A DNA stretch of 40,595 nt from an uncultured Flavobacteriales bacterium (GCA_963933205.1 CAWVTK010000001.1:1-40595), one strand, 5' to 3'. Numbered from the stretch's first letter, positions 34,665 to 40,595 are shown. The notes: generated by a model from the sequence alone, not told the origin. Program-made: numbers and translations.

Positions 34665-37643
34665 ATGAAATCCTATACAAATAAATTTACAGCCCTACTA
34701 GCCATTGTATTCACGGTTTGCTGTTCGCCAGTTTTTTCTCAAACAGGTTGTACAAACCCTACAGCTTTTAATTACAATCCATTTTCTATTACAGACGACG
34801 ACACTTGCGAATTTGAACAGAGCGAAGGCAATCCATTAAGTGGAACTTGGGGGTTTAATTCTCCAGACATGGTTTCTGATAGTACCCAAGGATTGTACAT
34901 CGGTTTCATTAATTTTTATGATGCCTACTATGTTGTTTTTACCCCTCAAGGATCAGAATTAGGGTCTTATCAAGTTAACGATACCGTAGTGTATATAAAC
35001 TCAGATTATGACAGTACTGGAGACACAATTTCGTTTTCTGGTCATTATGGCTTAAATGGCTCTGATCCAATATTATGGGAACCTCTTCTAGAATGGCAAT
35101 GCATCGATTGTGATGGCTTAAACCTTGAAGATGCTATTTCTATTGAAGGTCAAAATACAGCCATTAACATGCCTGGTATTTGCTACGACTTTACAAGCAA
35201 CCTCACATCATTTACTTCAGAAGAAGACTGTAGTTCTTTATGGAACGAATTTGTTGTTGACGCTTACGAAATTACATTTGACCTAGATATTATGACATTG
35301 ATGAACGACAAGGAAACTCTAATTTTGACATCAGTTGAAACGGTATTCGGTTGTTTAATTGATGGTAATCCTCAATTCAATGCATTAGCTAACACAAACG
35401 ATTCGAGTTGTTCAGAAGGATGTTTTGACGAAGCTGCTTGTAACTTTGGAGAGGAAGCTTCTTGTTATTACCCAGAGGGATATTGCGATTGTGAAGGTGA
35501 ATTGCCAAACTATTCGAATGTAAGTTTTGATGTTTCTATGGATGGTTATGAATTCCTTACAGACTCTTTGGATGTTTTTATTGTGGCTAGTTGGCTCGAT
35601 GCAGAAACAAGTTTCCAAGTAGACTTGAACCGTAACGGTAATGAATGGCTTTACACAGGAGACTTGAACGGTACTCCTGGCAGCTCATTCTCCTATTTTG
35701 TGTCTGTAAATGGTCAATTATACGGTCAATGTGATGGAACTCCATACGCTACAAGCTTTAATACTCTTATCCCAGACAGTTCATGCTGGGTTAATATCAA
35801 CACCAATTTTATTGCTCCCTTTATGTGTAATGTTTTAGAGGGCTGTATGGATTTAAATGCTACTAATTACAACGAAATGGCCACTCAACAACAGTTTGAC
35901 CAATACGGTAATTTAACCTGTATTTATTCTTCTTGTGATGATGTACCTTTTTCGGGATGTGTTTACGCTGATGGTTTTGGTCCCTTTAATTCTGAGTTTC
36001 AAGCCGAGGCATGTGTATCTTACGGCGGAAACCCGTGTGATGTAAGTGTGAATGGTTGTACAGATGCTACAGCTCAAAACTTCGATATGTTTGCAAATGT
36101 GGACGATGGTACTTGTTTTTATTGTCAAAATCCAATATACTTTAATGTTCAACCGGACACATCAATTACAGATAATGTATCTGGTGTCTTGCAAAATGAG
36201 AATGATTTTATGACTTACTTTGGGCTTGGTGCAATAGATCTTTGTTTTGATTCGGGTTGTTTCTCAATTACGATGTACACCGATTTTCCTGGAGGTTTCG
36301 AAAATACAACCTTAGTGGTAACTGATAAAAACCAGGATTTAATTGTGCAACATATCTTTGGCGCTTCTAATTCGGAAACAATCAATTTTACCATTGGACA
36401 AAGCGAATGTAACCTCGGATGTACCTCTATCTTTGCGCTAAACTACAATGAAGATGCTGAGGTAAACGATGGCTCATGTGAGTTTGAAGGGAATTGTGCA
36501 AACTCAGAATTGTTAGATTGCAATGGTAACTGTGCACCCATGATTTGGTATGCTGATGGATTCTGCGACAATAATGAATTTGAATTTGGAAGCAACCCAA
36601 TCGATTTTACGTGTTTCGATAACGACGGTGGCGACTGTGACACCTCGAGTGTTGTTGTTGTTGGATGTATGGATTCTGCTGCTTCTAACTTTATGCCAGA
36701 AGCACTCGAAGACGATGGTTCTTGCGAATACCTTAGTACAGAACTAATTGAAGCCTACCAAACCATAGCAGATTTAGAAGCTGCTTTACAACAAGCCGAG
36801 TTTGATAATTGTACTACTACAGAAGTATACATTCCTTTAACCTTACCTCAAGGATGGGGTATGTTTGGATACAGCTGTATGGAGCCCATGAATGTAGTCG
36901 AAGCCTTTTCTAGTGTGGTTAATCAATTGATTATTGTAAAAGACAATTACGGGAATCCTTACCTTCCAGAATTTAACTTTGACGGTCTTGGAGATTTGCA
37001 TTATTCGCACGGTTATCAAATAAAAGTTACCGAAGAAATTACGGATTTATCTTTCTGTTCTATTATCGTAAATTCAGAAAACTCGAATGGCAACGAAATC
37101 TTTGGTTGTATGGACAATACTGCACTAAACTTTGATCCGCTGGCTAATCTAGACAATGGCTTATGCCAGTATGTAAATTCAAATTCGTTTAATTTGCCTT
37201 TGGACTTTGAAGGCGAATATTACGAGTTTGTAGATTTCGATGGTACTAGTACATTTGTTATACAGAACCCGAATCCTACAGACGTGAACCCAAGTGAAAA
37301 TGTAGTGCGACATATAAGACATGGTGGTGAACTTTGGGCTGGAACTTACATTGTTACCAATCCAATAAACTTTAGCTCTAGTATTTTTAAAATGAAAATT
37401 CAAGCTCCAGCTGCAAACATACCTGTACTAATGAAACTTGAAAATGCCAATACGGGCGAATTTGTAGAGCTTATTGTAAATACGACTCTAGCCAACCAAT
37501 GGGAAGAATTAACTTTTGACTTTGGAACTCCGCTTCAAAACAACTTGTATACGCAAGTAGTAGTAATATTTAATATAGGTGTAGTGGGCGATGGTTCAGA
37601 AAACTCAACGTATTACTTCGACGACATTATTAATGTAAATTAA
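34665..37643 (+). CDS. Secreted 992-aa Cys-repeat protein: about 8 two-Cys repeats, an LNR-like unit, an internal module C and a C-terminal CBM-like beta-sandwich. No T9SS sorting domain.
   Basis: Starts 16 nt after the previous stop. Signal peptide MKSYTNKFTALLAIVFTVCCSPVFSQ. Repeats include GCTNPTAFNYNPFSITDDDTC, GCTDATAQNFDMFANVDDGTC, GCTSIFALNYNEDAEVNDGSC, GCMDSAASNFMPEALEDDGSC and GCMDNTALNFDPLANLDNGLC. Ends ...STYYFDDIINVN. Confidence 0.88.
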   Translation: MKSYTNKFTALLAIVFTVCCSPVFSQTGCTNPTAFNYNPFSITDDDTCEFEQSEGNPLSGTWGFNSPDMVSDSTQGLYIGFINFYDAYYVVFTPQGSELGSYQVNDTVVYINSDYDSTGDTISFSGHYGLNGSDPILWEPLLEWQCIDCDGLNLEDAISIEGQNTAINMPGICYDFTSNLTSFTSEEDCSSLWNEFVVDAYEITFDLDIMTLMNDKETLILTSVETVFGCLIDGNPQFNALANTNDSSCSEGCFDEAACNFGEEASCYYPEGYCDCEGELPNYSNVSFDVSMDGYEFLTDSLDVFIVASWLDAETSFQVDLNRNGNEWLYTGDLNGTPGSSFSYFVSVNGQLYGQCDGTPYATSFNTLIPDSSCWVNINTNFIAPFMCNVLEGCMDLNATNYNEMATQQQFDQYGNLTCIYSSCDDVPFSGCVYADGFGPFNSEFQAEACVSYGGNPCDVSVNGCTDATAQNFDMFANVDDGTCFYCQNPIYFNVQPDTSITDNVSGVLQNENDFMTYFGLGAIDLCFDSGCFSITMYTDFPGGFENTTLVVTDKNQDLIVQHIFGASNSETINFTIGQSECNLGCTSIFALNYNEDAEVNDGSCEFEGNCANSELLDCNGNCAPMIWYADGFCDNNEFEFGSNPIDFTCFDNDGGDCDTSSVVVVGCMDSAASNFMPEALEDDGSCEYLSTELIEAYQTIADLEAALQQAEFDNCTTTEVYIPLTLPQGWGMFGYSCMEPMNVVEAFSSVVNQLIIVKDNYGNPYLPEFNFDGLGDLHYSHGYQIKVTEEITDLSFCSIIVNSENSNGNEIFGCMDNTALNFDPLANLDNGLCQYVNSNSFNLPLDFEGEYYEFVDFDGTSTFVIQNPNPTDVNPSENVVRHIRHGGELWAGTYIVTNPINFSSSIFKMKIQAPAANIPVLMKLENANTGEFVELIVNTTLANQWEELTFDFGTPLQNNLYTQVVVIFNIGVVGDGSENSTYYFDDIINVN
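36495..36641 (+). other. LNR (Lin-12/Notch repeat)-like Cys/Asp knot, second copy in the locus
   Basis: CANSELLDCNGNCAPMIWYADGFCDNNEFEFGSNPIDFTCFDNDGGDCD. It shares W.(G/A)DG..(D)C...and C.(N/D)NDGGDC with the copy at 23267-23409. Confidence 0.5.
36843..37058 (+). other. Module C, internal copy
   Basis: LPQGWGMFGYSCMEPMNVVEAFSSVVNQLIIVKDNYGNPYLPEFNFDGLGDLHYSHGYQIKVTEEITDLSFC. It is preceded by the helical linker LSTELIEAYQTIADLEAALQQAEFD. Confidence 0.7.
37188..37640 (+). other. C-terminal carbohydrate-binding-module-like beta-sandwich
   Basis: FNLPLDFEGEYYEFVDFDGTSTFVIQNPNP..NPSENVVRH...WAGTYI...FKMKIQAP..IPVLMKLEN......WEELTFDFG...YTQVVVIFN.G..GDGS..STYYFDDI. I recall this LPLDFE...W.G...KLE...W.E..FDF...YYFDDI pattern from glycan-binding accessory domains next to flavobacterial glycoside hydrolases. 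I have no family number for it. Confidence 0.45.
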
Positions 37644-37740
37644 AAAACTCGGTTTTTTAATAGATCGTGTCTTGTGCAAGTATGCATTCACTATTAATTA
37701 CGGTTAAATTATAAGATTATTTAGCCAAACAAGAGTAGCT

Positions 37741-37769
37741 AAAAGGCCATCCATTAGGATGGCCTTTTT
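37741..37769 (+). terminator. Intrinsic terminator of the 33917/34665 operon
   Basis: AAAAGGCCATCC (37741-37752) and GGATGGCCTTTT (37757-37768) form a perfect 12-bp stem around the loop ATTA. The 3-prime arm runs into a T-tract. Confidence 0.85.
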
Positions 37770-37771
37770 AC

Positions 37772-37821
37772 AAATCAATATTGATTTTATTATAGGGTGG
37801 CGTACCATGACAAATAGGGTG
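37772..37821. promoter_or_regulatory. Candidate operator elements upstream of the TPR-LuxR gene: a 16-bp perfect palindrome plus a direct repeat
   Basis: AAATCAATATTGATTT (37772-37787) is its own reverse complement. ATAGGGTG occurs twice (37792-37799 and 37814-37821), 22 bp apart start to start. Both elements lie between the upstream terminator and the ATG at 37914. Confidence 0.3.
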
Positions 37822-37913
37822 ACATAAGCCAATGTAGAGCTGAAATAACAACAAACATCTCTGACATAGTAATGTAAGCGTATCTTGTACTAGTTTAATT
37901 TTATTTATTTTTC

Positions 37914-39752
37914 ATGAGGTTTATCATTCTTTTTCTTTTCGCATTTTCTCAATTTTCCTTGGCTCAAAACCATCAGTTAGATAGTATTCAAAAAGTGCTT
38001 TTGACTTCTGATTCGCCTGAGCAAAAAGCTGACATTTATAAAAAACTGGCTTATTACTATATGCCACAAGATTATGGACTTGCTTTGTTGTATGCAGATA
38101 GCTCATTCTATATTTCGCAAAGTATAGGAGACACCATTATGCTAGCCGATTCGTATAGTTTATATGCTACCTTAAAATTAAGACGTGGCGATTTTGACGC
38201 TGCTCAAAAGAATTACAATAGTTATGAAGAATTATTTGAGGGCTTTGCTAATTCCAAATATTTAGCTAATGAAGCTTTTTTAACGGGGGAGTTAGGTGTT
38301 TTTCATTACTACAAGTCAAATTTGGATTCTGCTTTGATTTTTTTTAACAAATCGATTGAAGTAAACACCACACTCAATAATGAAAATGTTGTCGCTAGAA
38401 TGCAATCTAATATTGGAACCATATTGTATCATGATGAGCAATACGATCAAGCATTAGTCTATTTTAGAAATGCACAAGCTATATTCGAAAGTTCTGTTAA
38501 AGACTCCATAGCTTTACTCAATGTATTCAATAATATTGGCTTAATTTTTAACGATTTATCAGACCCATCTAAAGCCATTGATTATTTTAATAAGGGTATT
38601 GATTTGGCTGAAAAACTAAATTCCGACATTAATTTAGAGATGCTCTATTTAAACTTAGGAACTTCTCTGGTAGAGCAAAAGAAATACGATTTAGCGCTTG
38701 ACTTTTTTGAAAAATCTTTAGTCATAAAAAAGAATAACCAAATTCCTTATGGAATTAATTTGCAGCGTATCGCAAATCTATATTTTATGAAAGGCTTACT
38801 AAATGAGTCAAAAAAAGTCTATACTTCATCAATTGCCGAAATGAATAAATACCAAGATGAAATTCATCTTTTAGATGCGCAATTGGGCTTAGTAAATGTT
38901 CATTTAGAACTTAAGGAGTACACTAAGGCTGTTGTTGTGTTAGAAGAAGCTTTAACTAAAGTAGATACAGATAAAAGGGATCAAAAGCTGTTAAGTATCT
39001 ACAAGCAATTAATGCAAACCTATCTTTTAGTAGAAAATATAGAAAAATCAAAATATTATAGTGAACTATTCTTAGTCGTAAACGATTTTGTTAATGATAT
39101 TACCATTACAGGCAAGGTGTATGAAATGGAGAGTAGCTTCCAATTAGCCCAAAAAGAGAATGAGGTGTTAATTCTTCAACAAAGCAATAAAATAGAACGT
39201 AATTATTGGCAAAAACTCCTCCTAGGTTCCGTTGGTATTGGTTTGTTTATTCTAGCAATTTTATTAATTATTATTTTTAGGTCCAGCACGCTTTCTAAAA
39301 ACTTTAAAATTATAGAACTAGAAAATAAAGAGAAAAACACAGAAATACTAAACAATACGATGTTGCTGGCCAAGCAAAATGAAAGTGCTGCAAATTTTCT
39401 ATTAGATCTAAAAGAATTAAAAACTGACTTTTCCTTAACTAATTTAAGCACTTTGCAAGATAAAATTAAAACATCCGTCAGCATTGAAAACTCTTGGGAT
39501 GAATATTTGTCTTCATTTTATTTGTTAAACCCACGATTTATCAGGAATTTAAAAAGCTTAAATATCGAGTTAAGTTCTTCCGAAAAGCGATTGTCTGCGC
39601 TGGTAATACAAGGGCTTACGCTTACCGAAATAGGTAATATTATAAATATTGCACCCTCATCTGTAGGAAAGGCTCGCATAAGACTTCGTAAAAAACTAAT
39701 GTTAAAGAGCAGTGATGATCTTGGTGAGTTTTTAGTATCACTCACCGAGTAG
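37914..39752 (+). CDS. Membrane-anchored TPR-repeat regulator with a C-terminal LuxR/GerE-type HTH
   Basis: 612 aa. N-terminal signal or anchor MRFIILFLFAFSQFSLAQ. About 400 aa of TPR-like helical repeats. A single TM helix WQKLLLGSVGIGLFILAILLIIIF (about 39207-39278). C-terminal LSSSEKRLSALVIQGLTLTEIGNIINIAPSSVGKARIRLRKKL. Confidence 0.85.
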   Translation: MRFIILFLFAFSQFSLAQNHQLDSIQKVLLTSDSPEQKADIYKKLAYYYMPQDYGLALLYADSSFYISQSIGDTIMLADSYSLYATLKLRRGDFDAAQKNYNSYEELFEGFANSKYLANEAFLTGELGVFHYYKSNLDSALIFFNKSIEVNTTLNNENVVARMQSNIGTILYHDEQYDQALVYFRNAQAIFESSVKDSIALLNVFNNIGLIFNDLSDPSKAIDYFNKGIDLAEKLNSDINLEMLYLNLGTSLVEQKKYDLALDFFEKSLVIKKNNQIPYGINLQRIANLYFMKGLLNESKKVYTSSIAEMNKYQDEIHLLDAQLGLVNVHLELKEYTKAVVVLEEALTKVDTDKRDQKLLSIYKQLMQTYLLVENIEKSKYYSELFLVVNDFVNDITITGKVYEMESSFQLAQKENEVLILQQSNKIERNYWQKLLLGSVGIGLFILAILLIIIFRSSTLSKNFKIIELENKEKNTEILNNTMLLAKQNESAANFLLDLKELKTDFSLTNLSTLQDKIKTSVSIENSWDEYLSSFYLLNPRFIRNLKSLNIELSSSEKRLSALVIQGLTLTEIGNIINIAPSSVGKARIRLRKKLMLKSSDDLGEFLVSLTE

Positions 39753-40007
39753 TGTTTTTATAGGCTTTTTAACAATTATACACGATTCGTGAGTTCATTT
39801 TTTTTTGCTTCAAATTTCGGCTGTCACCTAATTTGTGTGTTATTATTTTTACAATGCTTAAGATGTTATTGTATGTCAGTACTTTAATGTAAAAGTTACA
39901 CACAATACTATCTTAACATCTATTTACAAGACTTGGTTTTATAATAGTATGTAATAACTAATATTACATCATTAGTTATGTTACTCATATGGGGATGGGA
40001 GTACTAA

Positions 40008-40109
40008 ATGAATTTCTATAAATCAAATTCATTTATTGTTATCGCACATTTGTTGAATTTTGGGCTTTTGCTCGAATATTTTAAGCGTAATAATTTTCTA
40101 ATCATTTAA
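40008..40109 (+). CDS. Possible 33-aa hydrophobic small ORF immediately upstream of an orphan terminator. Speculative.
   Basis: My translation is MNFYKSNSFIVIAHLLNFGLLLEYFKRNNFLII*. The stop (40107-40109) is followed by TAATCCCGGGGGGATTC and the terminator at 40124. Confidence 0.15.
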   Translation: MNFYKSNSFIVIAHLLNFGLLLEYFKRNNFLII

Positions 40110-40123
40110 TCCCGGGGGGATTC

Positions 40124-40161
40124 AAAGAAGCCGCTTTTTAGTGGCTTCTTTATTTTTGTTT
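40124..40161 (+). terminator. Intrinsic terminator with no annotated gene directly upstream (372 nt after the LuxR-type stop)
   Basis: AAAGAAGCCGC (40124-40134) pairs with GTGGCTTCTTT (40141-40151), including one G-T wobble, around the 6-nt loop TTTTTA. ATTTTTGTTT follows. Confidence 0.7.
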
Positions 40162-40316
40162 ACTCTAGAATTGCTCTGTTTCTTTTTCAATCTAATCGGT
40201 TTTATTAAATTCAAACCTACTCATTGCTCTCTTTTTAGCTCTATTAATGTCCCCGTTATTTATTCTAAATGTTGTAGTCAATTGTTTATATTTACAAAAA
40301 TTAGTCCTCTCAGCTT

Positions 40317-40595
40317 ATGAATAAATTACTATTCGCTTTTTCTTTTGTTTTCTTAGCTTCGGTAAAGCCGAACTCTTCCGCGCAAAACTTTCCTGTAGAA
40401 CTTCCACAAGGATGGAGTATGTTTGGTTATACCTGTCTAGAGTCTGTAGATGTTATCGATGCTTTTTCCGATGTTTCCCAAAGTATTATCATCGTTAAAG
40501 ATCATCTAGGTAATGCCTATCTTCCAAATTGGGCATTTAATGGTATTGGCGAACTAGAGTTTGCTAAAGGATATCAAATTAAATTGTCAGAACCT
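40317..40595 (+). CDS. Secreted family member, N-terminal part only: signal peptide followed directly by module C
   Basis: Absent from the ORF track because it runs off the window. My translation is MNKLLFAFSFVFLASVKPNSSAQNFPVELPQGWSMFGYTCLESVDVIDAFSDVSQSIIIVKDHLGNAYLPNWAFNGIGELEFAKGYQIKLSEP, 93 codons open to the window end. Confidence 0.8.
   Translation, partial: MNKLLFAFSFVFLASVKPNSSAQNFPVELPQGWSMFGYTCLESVDVIDAFSDVSQSIIIVKDHLGNAYLPNWAFNGIGELEFAKGYQIKLSEP

Noticed and set aside
1-40595. Genomic island, prophage or polysaccharide utilisation locus
   Set aside because: No integrase, transposase, tRNA attachment site, direct flanking repeats or phage genes are present. No SusC/SusD pair or glycoside hydrolase is visible in the window.

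Overview
AT-rich chromosomal window that looks like a marine Flavobacteriia (Bacteroidota) genome. The evidence is signal peptides ending in AQ or SQ, type-A T9SS C-terminal sorting domains, no Shine-Dalgarno sequences, and one TAnnTTTG-type -7 box. I found no rRNA, tRNA, CRISPR array, transposase or integrase.

Recognisable genes:
- ptrB-like S9 oligopeptidase B (2454-4607)
- Crp/Fnr regulator (5155-5736)
- translationally coupled carotenoid operon crtI / DUF422-like membrane protein / crtY on the minus strand (30308-33554)
- membrane-anchored TPR-LuxR regulator (37914-39752)

About 70% of the window is eight genes for secreted proteins rich in Cys, Asp and Asn: 1-2171c (runs off the window), 6110-18007 (3965 aa), 18020-27028 (3002 aa), 27083-28087, 28165-30294, 33917-34648, 34665-37643, and 40317 onward (runs off the window). 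They are assembled in different orders from a small set of modules I cannot assign to named families:
- A: a 24-28 aa two-Cys repeat, about 70 copies in the window by hand count
- B: a roughly 100 aa NMT..IGAFY..MGDD module
- C: a roughly 72 aa GW..FG..NFNGIGDL..GYQIK module
- D: a DSYGDGWNGN / EISWSI module

These are mixed with parts resembling eukaryotic extracellular matrix: LamG, FN3-like, FAS1, TSP3-like Ca loops, LNR-like Cys knots and a PA domain. Only some members carry a T9SS sorting domain. Twice, a gene with a sorting domain directly precedes a Cys-repeat gene without one.

Main candidate for an undescribed system: a T9SS-linked modular surface scaffold or adhesion locus.

Second unexplained signal: C5-6 tracts sit where a Shine-Dalgarno sequence would be, upstream of most family genes. 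A complementary G6 tract lies next to an orphan terminator downstream of the LuxR-type gene.

All domain calls come from reading motifs by eye. No database search was possible.
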